Below, piece after piece: positions 1-9,286 of a stretch of DNA of 32,000 bases; position 1 is the first letter of the stretch; each line of letters begins with the position of its first letter. A model generated the notes under the pieces. The model ran no database searches, was not told the DNA's origin, and saw only the letters and a program-made list of their open reading frames with translations. A program made the position numbers and the translations under genes. Location of the stretch: the NCBI RefSeq assembly GCF_000237865.1, contig NC_017459.1:2970001-3002000 (forward strand), in the 5' to 3' direction. The stretch comes from Haloquadratum walsbyi C23 (GTDB lineage: Archaea > Halobacteriota > Halobacteria > Halobacteriales > Haloferacaceae).

Positions 1-743
1 CCGAGCCAATTCTCGCCAATAATGGCATTGTCCGTCCGGTCGATGGCTATCTTGAGCATCTTCGATCACTCACCACCGAACATAATTCACTTTTAATTTT
101 TGATGAGGTGATTACTGGATTCCGTGTTGGCGGACTCGGATGTGCACAATCAAAATTTGGAGTGACTCCGGATGTGACGACCTTTGGAAAGATCATCGGT
201 GGTGGGTTTCCTGTTGGCGCAATTGGTGGGCGTGCAGACATTATTGAACATTTCACTCCCTCTGGAGATGTATTCCAGTCTGGAACGTTCTCAGGGCACC
301 CAGTAACGATGGCAGCAGGATATGAGTCATTAAAATATGCTGCTGAAAATGATGTCTATGATCACGTCAACCGACTTGGGGAGCGGCTTCGGGGGGGAAT
401 TACCGATATTGCAACAGACCAATCACCGTCAGCAATTGTTGTCGGGCTAGATTCAATGTTCAAAACTGTGTTTGAAAGAGAAGGTTCGACAACAGATGAT
501 GGAGATGTCTGTTCTGCTGGATGTGAACAACGTGAATCATGTATGCGGTATGATGACTGTCCAAAAACAGGTGCGGATGTCAGTAGCGCTGAGACTGAAC
601 GGTGGGAACGAATTTTCTGGCAGGAAATGCGCGATCACAACATTTTCCTCACTGCAAATCAGTTTGAATCACAGTTTGTCTCATACGCACACACCGATGA
701 GGATATTGACCGAACATTGGAAGCGTATAAATCAGCACTATAG
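1..743 (+). CDS. hemL: glutamate-1-semialdehyde 2,1-aminomutase, C-terminal part (5' end outside window)
   Basis: Frame is open from nt 3. Translation [43 protein letters not shown]...[18 protein letters not shown]...SGTFSGHP matches the class-III aminotransferase / GSA-AM core, including the PLP-lysine context. It heads a hemC-SUMT-hemD cluster. Confidence 0.85.
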   Translation, partial: EPILANNGIVRPVDGYLEHLRSLTTEHNSLLIFDEVITGFRVGGLGCAQSKFGVTPDVTTFGKIIGGGFPVGAIGGRADIIEHFTPSGDVFQSGTFSGHPVTMAAGYESLKYAAENDVYDHVNRLGERLRGGITDIATDQSPSAIVVGLDSMFKTVFEREGSTTDDGDVCSAGCEQRESCMRYDDCPKTGADVSSAETERWERIFWQEMRDHNIFLTANQFESQFVSYAHTDEDIDRTLEAYKSAL

Positions 744-871
744 CTTTCTGAATCATAAGACCACACATGACACATGGTTACCATTACTCAACTGTGATGT
801 GGTTATACCAGTATGATATATTCTGGAGATCGATCTTAAACCGTTATTTCGGACCGCTTATATTCAATGAG

Positions 872-908
872 GAGAGAATCCCGCCATTCACCGTGGGCAA
901 GGATGTCA
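872..908 (+). repeat. R1 repeat copy a (hairpin followed by AAGGATGTCA)
   Basis: GAGAGAATCCCGCCATTCACCGTGGGCAAGGATGTCA is 34/37 identical to the reverse complement of 7583-7619. One of the 3 differences turns a G-U pair of the CCCGC/GYGGG stem into G-C. Confidence 0.75.
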
Positions 909-1133
909 CGCAGGAGCACAGTTGAGTTGTACATAGCCTGTTTCAGTAGTTGCATCACGCAGTCGGTTTTTTTACTGTATTCATTTTCCGTATATTATAT
1001 ACAGTGAACAGTTTGTGTCAATCTCACCGTGGTCACAAGAGGCTTCTAACAGAATCAGCTCATTCATCACAGACATAGCGGTGTAGCGAAGTGGTGTCCT
1101 TTTCACCCGTGACCGACGATTGTTGCATAGAAA

Positions 1134-2318
1134 ATGACCACTCGTAGTCGCACTCGCGGGACATTAACACTCGCGACACGGGGGTCTGATCTCGCGCTCA
1201 AACAAGCGACGAGCGTTCAAGAGGCGCTCACAGATGAGCGCTATGAGGTTGACCTCATTGAAGTCGAAACGCGCGGTGATCAAATTCAAGATGAATTAAT
1301 ACATCAACTTGGCAAAACAGGTGCGTTCGTCCGTGCACTTGATAAGAAGGTCCTTGATCCCACGGCTGAGGCTGATGCTGCAGTTCACTCAATGAAGGAT
1401 ATGCCAACGGACAGTCCAGATGATCTTGTTGTTGCTGGTATTCCACAACGAGCACCACCAGGTGACCTCTTGATTACGACTGATGGGCAGAGATTGTCTG
1501 ATTTACCGAGTGGGGCTACGATTGGAACATCATCACTTCGTCGACAAGCGCAGTTGCTTGATCAACGTACGGATATTACCGTTGAACCACTGCGGGGGAA
1601 TATTGACACACGAATTGAAAAGCTACTCGCACCATCGCTACAGACTGAGCATGAACAGCGTATTGAGGCTGAGCAGGGTGAGATAACCAATACAGAAAAC
1701 GCAGGGAGTGACGATGAAGATATAGATAGAGATGAAACGGATAAAGAGCTTCCTGAGTTTGAACAATCAATTGAGGAGTGGTTCAATGAACTCTCTGAAA
1801 TTGAGCGACGAGCGCTCGAACGATCGGTCGAAACAGAATATGATGCGATTGTTCTCGCAGAAGCCGGACTACAGCGATCAGGGCTTATACATCATATTGA
1901 GTATGTCCAACTTGATACAACAACCTTTGTGCCAGCGCCAGGGCAGGGCGCAATTGCCATTACCACACAAGGAGAAGCAAATGCAACAGCACAGATTCGA
2001 GAAGCAATTGATCACCCACGAACACGTGTCGAGACAACCGTTGAACGAACAGTGCTGGCTGAATTAGGAGGTGGATGTATTGCACCAATTGGTGTTCATG
2101 CAACGCTACAAGGTGAATACGTCCATGTAGCTGCACAAGTCTTCGCAAGTGACGGGACAGAAACCGTTGATGGGAGTCGTAACCTTCCAGTTGATGCTCA
2201 TGCAGATGCAGCCGCTCAATTCGCTAACAAACTTGCAGATCGCGGTGCTGATGAACTGATTGCTGCTGCACGGGTTGCTGCAGATGAGAGTAGCAATACG
2301 GAATCAACGGGAGAGTGA
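1134..2318 (+). CDS. hemC: porphobilinogen deaminase (hydroxymethylbilane synthase)
   Basis: 394 aa. Motifs: TLATRGSDLALKQA N-terminus, LRGNIDTRIEKL, and the cofactor-cysteine context LGGGCIAPIG. It has a long acidic insert (EHEQRIEAEQGEITNTENAGSDDEDIDRDETDKE...) as in halophile orthologues. Confidence 0.9.
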   Translation: MTTRSRTRGTLTLATRGSDLALKQATSVQEALTDERYEVDLIEVETRGDQIQDELIHQLGKTGAFVRALDKKVLDPTAEADAAVHSMKDMPTDSPDDLVVAGIPQRAPPGDLLITTDGQRLSDLPSGATIGTSSLRRQAQLLDQRTDITVEPLRGNIDTRIEKLLAPSLQTEHEQRIEAEQGEITNTENAGSDDEDIDRDETDKELPEFEQSIEEWFNELSEIERRALERSVETEYDAIVLAEAGLQRSGLIHHIEYVQLDTTTFVPAPGQGAIAITTQGEANATAQIREAIDHPRTRVETTVERTVLAELGGGCIAPIGVHATLQGEYVHVAAQVFASDGTETVDGSRNLPVDAHADAAAQFANKLADRGADELIAAARVAADESSNTESTGE

Positions 2319-2324
2319 GATCAC

Positions 2325-3137
2325 ATGAGTGATGAGATTGATACTGACACTGGTACTGTCTATCTAGTTGGAAGTGGTCCGGGAGATCCGTCATTACTGA
2401 CAGTGAAAGCAACAGAACTGATTGAAACCGCGGATATCGTATTACACGACAAGCTCCCTGGACCAGCAATTATTGAGTCAATTCCTGAATCGAAGCGGGA
2501 AGATGTTGGCAAGCGTGCTGGTGGTGAACGAACGTCACAAGAGTATACAAACCATCGATTAGTCGAACTTGCGGAAGCTGGGAAAACCGTTGTGCGATTG
2601 AAGGGTGGTGATCCATTTGTTTTTGGTCGAGGTGGTGAAGAGATAGAGCATCTTGCTGCTTCGGACATTCCATTTGAAATCGTTCCGGGGATCACATCTG
2701 CTATTGGTGGTCCAGGAGTTGCTGGAATTCCAGTAACACATCGTGAGTATGCATCATCAGTCTCGTTTGTTACGGGTCATGAAGATCCCACAAAGGATGA
2801 GTCCGCTATTGACTGGGGAGCACTTGCAGCGACTGGTGGAACAATTGTTGTCTTGATGGGCGTTGGAAAGCTTCCGGCATATGCTGCCGAATTACAGGAC
2901 GCTGGAATGGATCCAGAGACACCAATTGCACTTATTGAGCAAGCAACACGACCATCGATGCAAGTAGCGGTAGGGACACTTGAAACAGCAGTAAATGTCC
3001 GCGATGAAGTTGGGATTGAACCACCGGCGATTACCATCATCGGTGAGGTAGCCACAACACGCGAACACGTTTCGCACTGGTTAGAACAGACGCCACAGCA
3101 TTATTTTGAACAGATCAATACTGATGAGGATTCATAA
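2325..3137 (+). CDS. cobA: uroporphyrinogen-III C-methyltransferase (SUMT)
   Basis: 270 aa. VYLVGSGPGDPSLLTVKA, VVRLKGGDPFVFGRGGEE and PFEIVPGITSA are tetrapyrrole-methylase signatures. It starts 6 nt after the hemC stop. Confidence 0.85.
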   Translation: MSDEIDTDTGTVYLVGSGPGDPSLLTVKATELIETADIVLHDKLPGPAIIESIPESKREDVGKRAGGERTSQEYTNHRLVELAEAGKTVVRLKGGDPFVFGRGGEEIEHLAASDIPFEIVPGITSAIGGPGVAGIPVTHREYASSVSFVTGHEDPTKDESAIDWGALAATGGTIVVLMGVGKLPAYAAELQDAGMDPETPIALIEQATRPSMQVAVGTLETAVNVRDEVGIEPPAITIIGEVATTREHVSHWLEQTPQHYFEQINTDEDS

Positions 3138-3991
3138 TGGTAAATAACAAGATAGACTGGAGACGATCCCCGCAGGTCGGCGTATTTCGGCCTAATGATG
3201 AACGTATGGTCACTGCGGTTGAGCTACTTGAAGAGTATGGAATCACACCCATTCCGGACCCGATGTTATCGGTTGAGCCGACCGGCACAATCCCCGAGAT
3301 AGACACCGTATCAGACGCATCGCCATTTGTTGTGTTGACCAGTAAAACTGGTGTTGAGATTCTCGCAGACGCTGGGTGGAATCCCACCGTGGCAACACTG
3401 GCATGCATTGGACCACGGACCGCCGCTGCAGCCCGTGATGCTGGATGGACTGTGGATATAATCCCAACAGAATATTCCTCGCAAGGGTTAGTTGATGCAC
3501 TCGCAGATCAAGTAACAGACCGGTCAGTTATTATCGCACGAAGCGATCACGGAAGTGAGACACTCATTGATGGATTAGATGCAGCCGGAGCGGCTGTCAC
3601 GGAGACGGTCCTTTATGAACTTGTGCGACCCGATGGGACCGGACAATCGACGGTGATGGCTGCTGGTAATGAATTGGATGCAGTTTGTTTTACATCATCG
3701 CTGACAGTTGAACACTTTCTCTCGGCTGCCGCAAACAGAGAACTCCGTGAAGAAGCGATTATAGGCCTTAATAATGCTGTTGTTGGGACAATCGGGGAGC
3801 CGACTCGAGAAACAGCCCAAGCACATGGAGTTCGGGTCGATGTAACGCCAGCAGATGCAACATTCGAGCATCTTGTTGAGGCTGTCGTGAATGAGCTTCA
3901 AACAAGACAGTTGTCATCAGATACCGATGAGACAGACGTTGCAGATAATAAAACGGAGTCTGTCGAGAGCTACGATGATAGGCAAGTCTGA
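3137..3991 (+). CDS. hemD: uroporphyrinogen-III synthase (probable)
   Basis: 284 aa. The ATG overlaps the SUMT stop (TAATG). HEM4-like elements are VVLTSKTGVE, ACIGPRTAAAA and VCFTSSLTVEHF. The call rests on weak motifs plus position in the hem cluster. Confidence 0.7.
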   Translation: MVNNKIDWRRSPQVGVFRPNDERMVTAVELLEEYGITPIPDPMLSVEPTGTIPEIDTVSDASPFVVLTSKTGVEILADAGWNPTVATLACIGPRTAAAARDAGWTVDIIPTEYSSQGLVDALADQVTDRSVIIARSDHGSETLIDGLDAAGAAVTETVLYELVRPDGTGQSTVMAAGNELDAVCFTSSLTVEHFLSAAANRELREEAIIGLNNAVVGTIGEPTRETAQAHGVRVDVTPADATFEHLVEAVVNELQTRQLSSDTDETDVADNKTESVESYDDRQV

Positions 3992-4070
3992 ATTATTCCG
4001 TCCAAATGTATCATGTGTATGCAGAGCGTGAATACTGATACCGATACTAGTCCAATCATCAACGTAACAC

Positions 4071-4484
4071 ATGAATAGCCCGTATCGACCCGTGAGTGTC
4101 ACAGTCGGCATTGTGAGCATTGTTATTGGTGGGATTATAGTCGCGATGTCGATTGGTTTCTCGAGTATTTCAGCAGGTGGAATACTTGATATGGTCAGTA
4201 TTGGGATAATTGAGTGGGGCAATGGAGATACTGTAATTGCACTAAACGTTAGTGTTGGTAGTATGCTGGCAATCGCAGGAGTCTCGTTATTGACTGGACG
4301 AGGGCGGGCAATAGCCGTCTCTGCAGGGACAGGTGTTTGTATCATATCGCTAACTGGACTTGCATTGTATCCAACATCCTCACTCACACCCCCGCCACGT
4401 GCATTAGTACCGCTTGGTGTGATTGGAGTTATTGCTATGCTCAGTGGAACATCGCTTAACGGTCTTCAAAACCATGATGGGTGA
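4071..4484 (+). CDS. small integral membrane protein, family unknown
   Basis: 137 aa with about four G/A/I/V-rich hydrophobic spans. The competing antisense ORF 3917-4387 is less protein-like. Confidence 0.45.
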   Translation: MNSPYRPVSVTVGIVSIVIGGIIVAMSIGFSSISAGGILDMVSIGIIEWGNGDTVIALNVSVGSMLAIAGVSLLTGRGRAIAVSAGTGVCIISLTGLALYPTSSLTPPPRALVPLGVIGVIAMLSGTSLNGLQNHDG

Positions 4485-4541
4485 AAGTGCTTTGATTTAG
4501 GGTTTACGAAATATTAGCAGGATGAAAAAGAAGCCCCCTTT

Positions 4542-4593
4542 CCCTCAAGAGGCGAACCCGGTTAGGGTAAGCAGGTAAAGTGAGGATGAATCG
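4542..4593 (+). repeat. R2 repeat copy 1 (divergent)
   Basis: CCCTCAAGAGGCGAACCCGGTTAGGGTAAGCAGGTAAAGTGAGGATGAATCG aligns with copies at 4633, 11867, 22142(-) and 23392(-). Confidence 0.55.
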
Positions 4594-4632
4594 CTCGACA
4601 CTTATTCAACATTTTCGAGGTGGAGTCTCCTT

Positions 4633-4680
4633 CCTCGAGGGTCGAACCGTAGGTGAGTGAGTAGGATGGGGTCGTTGACC
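4633..4680 (+). repeat. R2 repeat copy 2
   Basis: CCTCGAGGGTCGAACCGTAGGTGAGTGAGTAGGATGGGGTCGTTGACC lies in tandem about 90 nt after copy 1. Confidence 0.65.
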
Positions 4681-4787
4681 TGTTAATTAGATATACCATA
4701 GCAAAGGACAGATAATACGTATGAGAGATAGGGGCGGGAATTGCATACGGCAACATAAATAGATGGCTGCTAGGTAATTATTATTGT

Positions 4788-6086
4788 ATGTCAGATAATG
4801 AATCAGAGCCTGGATTTGAAACGCGAACATTACACGCTGGGCAGGAGCCTGACCCAACGACTGGTGCTCGAGCACCGCCATTATACCAGACGACCTCATA
4901 CGTTTTTGACGACGCCGATGACGCTGCACAGCAGTTTGCATTAGAGAAAGAGGGGTACATTTACTCGAGATTAATGAATCCAACAGTCGCGACCTTGCAG
5001 GAGCGACTGGCGTCATTGGAGGGTGGTATTGGTGCGGCTGCAACCGCATCGGGAATGGCTGCGCTTGATCTCGCGACATTTCTTCTTGCATCGGCTGGAG
5101 ATAATATTGTGACCGCATCGTCGCTGTACGGCGGAACATATACATACTTCACGCATACCGTTGAGCGACGTGGTGTCTCGACCCGGTTTGTCGACACACT
5201 TGCGTATGATGAGTATGCTGAGGCAATTGATGATGATACCGCATACGTTCACATTGAAACGATCGGGAATCCAGCGCTTGTGACACCAGATATTGAACGA
5301 ATTGCTGATATTGCTCATGAGCATGACACACCATTGTTTGTTGATAATACGTTCGCAACACCTGCACTGTGTCGCCCAATCGAACATGGTGCTGACCTTG
5401 TTTGGGACTCAACGACAAAGTGGATACATGGAGCAGGAACGACAGTCGGCGGTGTACTCATCGATGGTGGGTCGTTCCCGTGGGGTGAACATCCAGAGAA
5501 ATACCCCGAGATTGGTGCATCAAATCCTGCATATCACGGTGTGAATTTTGCAGAACGATTCGGTGATGCCGCACTGACATACGCCGCGATTGCCCGTGGA
5601 CTTCGAGATCTTGGGAATGCACAGTCACCATTTGACGCATGGAACACACTTGAGAAACTAGAATCACTACCGATGCGGATGGAGCAGCACTGCACAAACG
5701 CAATGGCTGTTGCAGAGTTTCTTGATTCACATGAAGCAGTTTCATGGGTTAACTATCCAGGTCTTACAGATCATGAGACGCATGCAGAAGCAACATCATA
5801 TCTTGAGGGTGGGTATGGTGGGATGATTACATTTGGACTTGATGCTGGATATGAGGCTGCACGAGATACTGTCAATAATGTTGAACTCGCGTCACTGCTT
5901 GCAAATGTTGGTGATGCAAAAACACTCGTGATTCATCCCGCATCAACGACACATCAACAATTAACTGAATCTGAACAGGAGGCTGCTGGAGTGACGCCTG
6001 ATATGGTCCGACTTTCTGTTGGGATTGAAAATGTTGATGATATTATTGCTGACCTTACACAAGCAATTGATACTGCAACCGCGTGA
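4788..6086 (+). CDS. metY: O-acetylhomoserine/O-acetylserine sulfhydrylase (PLP-dependent)
   Basis: 432 aa. Motifs: FETRTLHAGQEPDPTTGARAPPLYQTTSYVF and the PLP-lysine context DSTTKWIHG. C-terminal region of Cys/Met-metabolism PLP enzymes. Confidence 0.9.
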   Translation: MSDNESEPGFETRTLHAGQEPDPTTGARAPPLYQTTSYVFDDADDAAQQFALEKEGYIYSRLMNPTVATLQERLASLEGGIGAAATASGMAALDLATFLLASAGDNIVTASSLYGGTYTYFTHTVERRGVSTRFVDTLAYDEYAEAIDDDTAYVHIETIGNPALVTPDIERIADIAHEHDTPLFVDNTFATPALCRPIEHGADLVWDSTTKWIHGAGTTVGGVLIDGGSFPWGEHPEKYPEIGASNPAYHGVNFAERFGDAALTYAAIARGLRDLGNAQSPFDAWNTLEKLESLPMRMEQHCTNAMAVAEFLDSHEAVSWVNYPGLTDHETHAEATSYLEGGYGGMITFGLDAGYEAARDTVNNVELASLLANVGDAKTLVIHPASTTHQQLTESEQEAAGVTPDMVRLSVGIENVDDIIADLTQAIDTATA

Positions 6087-6427
6087 GCGTCAGTAGGCAT
6101 TATGCGACTGTATCGAAAAGGCAAAGCCAAAATCTCTACTCATATACTTGCTCTTAGCGCATGGGATAAAGAGGCGAATAGAACGCAGCCGAGATTCAAA
6201 ACAGTGTATGCGAGTGTGATTGCTCTGGTGACGCAGTCTTAATATAATATATTTATATAAAATAAAAATAGAGATTGATCGCATCGGTAGCTTCAGGAGA
6301 GAGAGTATAGTATATTGATCTGAACAATGATTGAGACTATACTGGGGCAGAATCAATGCATCAACTATTGCAACGGGACAGCGCATAGATATAGTATGTT
6401 CACAATTAATTCATTAGATCGCTGACT

Positions 6428-7585
6428 GTGGTCGAAGTATTGCTCTTTATTGGGGTCGGCGTTGCAGTCTTTGTAGGATTTAATATTGGTGGGTCTTCAA
6501 CAGGAGTTGCATTTGGTCCTGCAGTAGGTAGTGGACTTGTCTCAAAGCTCTTTGCAGCCGGATTGATGACAACATTTGCACTTATCGGTGCATGGACGGC
6601 TGGTCGAGAAGTAATCGAAACAATGGGCGGACAGATTGTTCCACGGAGTCAGTTCACGCTTGCAGCGAGTGTTGCTGTGTTATTCTTTGTCGGAATAGCA
6701 CTACTCATTTCGAATACATTTGGGGTTCCCGCATCAACATCAATGACCGCCGTCGGCGCAATCGCTGGACTTGGCGTTGCCTCAGGAACGCTCAACGAAG
6801 CGGTGATGCTTGAGATTGTTTCATGGTGGATTGTTGCACCGGTGCTTGCATTTTGGATATGTGCAGTCGTTGGGCGATATCTCTATCCATATCTTGATGC
6901 GCGGCTCAAACTTAATCGCTCGCCAGGACCCCTTATTACTCTTGACCGCAGTGGGTCTATCCCATGGATTCGTCGAGGACCGAACACCTCGAATCGAGAG
7001 CTTGGCAGTGTTTGTTTAGTCATCATTATTGCATGCTATATGGCATATTCTGCAGGTGCATCAAATGCAGCAAATGCTGTTGCACCGCTTGTTGGGAATG
7101 GGTCAGTGTCGATGAATATCGGAATCATCCTAGCCACCGGAGCAATTGGATTCGGAGCATTTACGATTGCACGTCGAACGCTTGATACAGTTGGTAATGA
7201 TCTCACCGAACTACCGATTTTAGCTGCGCTTGTTGTCGAAACTGTTTCTGCATCGGTTATCGCCATCCTTTCAATATTGGGTATTCCGGCGAGTCTGGCA
7301 GTCTCAGCGACAATGTGTATTGTTGGGCTTGGATGGGGTCGAGCAACGCGGACAGTCACAATTGGAGATGCAATCGGTGGAGAAAAGCCAGAGATGTCGG
7401 TAAACGCATTGACTGCTGAGACTGACACAAGCGTTCCAGACGTAGGTGAGGAATCATCTCAAGAACTCACTAATCAAACATTATTTGATCCTGGAACAAC
7501 CGGTCGTGTGATTTTCTTTTGGCTTTTGACGCCATCAGTGTCAGCGGCTGCATCGTATGCATTATTCAGCTTCATGCCATTATGA
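6428..7585 (+). CDS. inorganic phosphate transporter, PiT (PHO4) family
   Basis: 385 aa with a GTG start. Duplicated signatures GGSSTGVAFGPAVGSG and GASNAANAVAPLVG, plus many hydrophobic spans. Confidence 0.85.
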   Translation: MVEVLLFIGVGVAVFVGFNIGGSSTGVAFGPAVGSGLVSKLFAAGLMTTFALIGAWTAGREVIETMGGQIVPRSQFTLAASVAVLFFVGIALLISNTFGVPASTSMTAVGAIAGLGVASGTLNEAVMLEIVSWWIVAPVLAFWICAVVGRYLYPYLDARLKLNRSPGPLITLDRSGSIPWIRRGPNTSNRELGSVCLVIIIACYMAYSAGASNAANAVAPLVGNGSVSMNIGIILATGAIGFGAFTIARRTLDTVGNDLTELPILAALVVETVSASVIAILSILGIPASLAVSATMCIVGLGWGRATRTVTIGDAIGGEKPEMSVNALTAETDTSVPDVGEESSQELTNQTLFDPGTTGRVIFFWLLTPSVSAAASYALFSFMPL

Positions 7586-7619
7586 CATCCTTGCCCGCGG
7601 TAAACGGCGGGATTCTCTC
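7583..7619 (-). repeat. R1 repeat copy b
   Basis: TGACATCCTTGCCCGCGGTAAACGGCGGGATTCTCTC is the inverted counterpart of copy a. Its first three bases are the stop codon of the PiT gene. Confidence 0.75.
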
Positions 7620-8051
7620 GGTGATTAAAGATAGGACTCAGCACTCAGATAAGACTGCGTGTGGATTATGATTCAGTATCAGTTGGTTATATTATGAGTC
7701 CTCGCGATTTATTCTATATTACGAACACATACACAGGGTATATCATAGCTATTTAAATGTGGAATTTCTGTTATTTTTGAAGAGATATGTCTGAATATGA
7801 AAGATGATTATGAGATAGTACCCAAACTGATGAATCAGATATGAAAACAGAAGTGAGCATTTGTGTCAATACAATATTTTAAAATAGCTCAATCTCTATG
7901 TTGTCTGTTGATTACGGGCAAAAAATAAGAATAGCGCGTACAGTCATGTGTGTACCAGGCACGATCGTCTGATTTCACCCGTAGACGGTGGCATCATGAC
8001 GAAATCAGCAAACAATAAACTCTAATGCTATGGCGCACATGTACTGTATTG

Positions 8052-8441
8052 ATGGCAACCGTAGAATATCTGAATTACGAGAGTCTTAACGACAAGGGAT
8101 GGGAGATGGATGACGAGGACCTTTTCGAGAAGGCTGCTGATTCCGATCTCGGCGATGAGGATTACGGATCACTTGAAGTAAACGAGGGCGAGTATATTCT
8201 TGAAGCCGCAGAAGCACAAGGATACGATTGGCCATTTTCCTGCCGCGCGGGCGCGTGCGCAAACTGTGCTGCAATTGTGACAGAAGGGGAAATCGACATG
8301 GATATGCAGCAGATTCTTTCCGATGAGGAAGTCTCTGACAAGAACGTTCGGCTAACGTGTATTGGATCACCAGCGGCCGACAGTGTCCAGATTGTCTATA
8401 ATGCAAAGCATCTCGATTATCTTCAAAACCGCGTCATCTAA
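8052..8441 (+). CDS. fdx: 2Fe-2S ferredoxin, halophile plant-type
   Basis: 129 aa from ATG 8052 ([10 protein letters not shown]...). It has the acidic N-terminal extension typical of haloarchaeal ferredoxins and the cluster ligands [11 protein letters not shown]...LTCIG. Confidence 0.9.
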   Translation: MATVEYLNYESLNDKGWEMDDEDLFEKAADSDLGDEDYGSLEVNEGEYILEAAEAQGYDWPFSCRAGACANCAAIVTEGEIDMDMQQILSDEEVSDKNVRLTCIGSPAADSVQIVYNAKHLDYLQNRVI

Positions 8442-8524
8442 ACGACGGTATATATAGGTGCGTTTGATAGATAGTTGCTATTGAACGCCCAACGTCACTA
8501 ATTATACAAGAGTCAAGGAGAATA

Positions 8525-8552
8525 CCTGCGGGTTCAGTCGCAGGATGAATCC
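8525..8552 (+). repeat. R1-like hairpin (copy c), left flank of the structured segment
   Basis: CCTGCG-GGTTCAGT-CGCAGG forms a 6-bp stem, followed by ATGAATCC. This is the same hairpin-then-GGATG architecture as copies a, b and d. Confidence 0.45.
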
Positions 8553-9016
8553 GACACCTCGGAGGAAGTCTACGCTGCAATAGCCATGCTGAGATTCGAT
8601 ACTCCATAGCTTGAAGCGACAGGCAAGCCTGTTATTGATAGGAATCAGATCGGGAATAGGGCAGGGCGATTCCATTCAGTCCGACAATGGCGACCTGCTC
8701 GCCCCAAGCGATGAGATGATAATCTGACCCAGTCAATTGAATGGTCAGTTCCGATACTGAATCGATGCAGTGCCCGACTGCTTGAAGACACTGCAGAAAG
8801 TAACTCCGAGTCCGTCGAAATCTGCCAGACTCCCCAAGGCAAAACCAACTTCGGGAGTCCGAACACGATGGAAGCTAGGAGTACCAGGGCTGGAATGTGG
8901 CACTCCCAGCAGTTCTACTCGACTCGCAACAGTCCGTGAACCCCACACGGATTCTCACCGTGCCGGGGTTCGGTGGAACTGCAAACCTGCAATCTACACC
9001 GCTCACGCTCACGATT
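8553..9016 (+). ncRNA. candidate structured non-coding RNA or non-autonomous element (identity and strand unresolved)
   Basis: The ORFs here are not protein-like. Hand counts give 57% GC for 8881-8940 and 60% for 8941-9000, in an otherwise lower-GC neighbourhood. Local helices are dense: GGAATC/GATTCC 8641/8669, CTGACC/GGTCAG 8724/8743, GCAGTG/CACTGC 8767/8790, GACTCCC/GGGAGTC 8829/8852, GAACCCC/GGGGTTC 8938/8965. Confidence 0.35.
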
Positions 9017-9045
9017 CCTCCGCGTTTGCGCGGAGGGGGATGTCA
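9017..9045 (+). repeat. R1-like hairpin (copy d), right flank of the structured segment
   Basis: CCTCCGCG-TTTG-CGCGGAGG forms an 8-bp stem, followed by GGGATGTCA. Confidence 0.5.
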
Positions 9046-9286
9046 ATTGGTGCAAATATAGTTTTTACTGAAGCCGTCTTAACACTGAATAGAGGTCCCA
9101 GAGTGCTTGTTCCACTCAACTCATAGATTGTACTGGAGGGGTATAGGTAAGTAAGCGGGCACATACCACCCAATCACAAATAACATATGCGCATTGCTCA
9201 TGATAATATTATATTTCAGCATGTAGCTGAGTCGAGAGCAATATGTGTACCCAATTACTCCTGTGAGTATTATCGTATGCTATTCG

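Noticed and set aside
3917-4387. 156-aa minus-strand ORF overlapping the small membrane protein gene
   Set aside because: It is the mirror image of a hydrophobic plus-strand ORF. It is Pro/Ile/Thr-rich without clear domains and has no upstream partner. The plus-strand ORF is preferred, with low confidence.
4633-4680. tRNA or tRNA-fragment (att-site) interpretation of GGTCGAACC / GGCGAACCC strings in R2 repeats
   Set aside because: The flanking bases do not form a T-stem or an acceptor stem, and no cloverleaf can be drawn. No tRNA gene was recognised anywhere in the window.
6090-6386. 98-aa minus-strand ORF
   Set aside because: It lies wholly in an extremely AT-rich spacer. Its composition is basic and rich in Ile/Leu/Ser/Arg, unlike the acidic proteome of the rest of the window.
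8553-9016. Calling this segment RNase P RNA because of GGAGGAAGUCUACGC (CR-I-like) and CCAAGGCAAAAC (CR-III-like)
   Set aside because: The near-invariant GAGGAAAGUCC is one A short and has C-to-U. I found no ACAGAA..GGCUUA-type 3' P4 strand; the only GUAGCUU-like complement is about 40 nt away. There is no room for P12 between the CR-II-like and CR-III-like strings. It is kept only as an unresolved structured-RNA or element candidate.
8645-9126. ORFs 8645-8866(-), 8745-8948(-) and 8770-9126(+)
   Set aside because: They overlap one another in the structured GC-rich segment. They are Arg/Ser/Pro/Gly-rich with no motifs, so they are more likely by-products of a GC-rich non-coding sequence.
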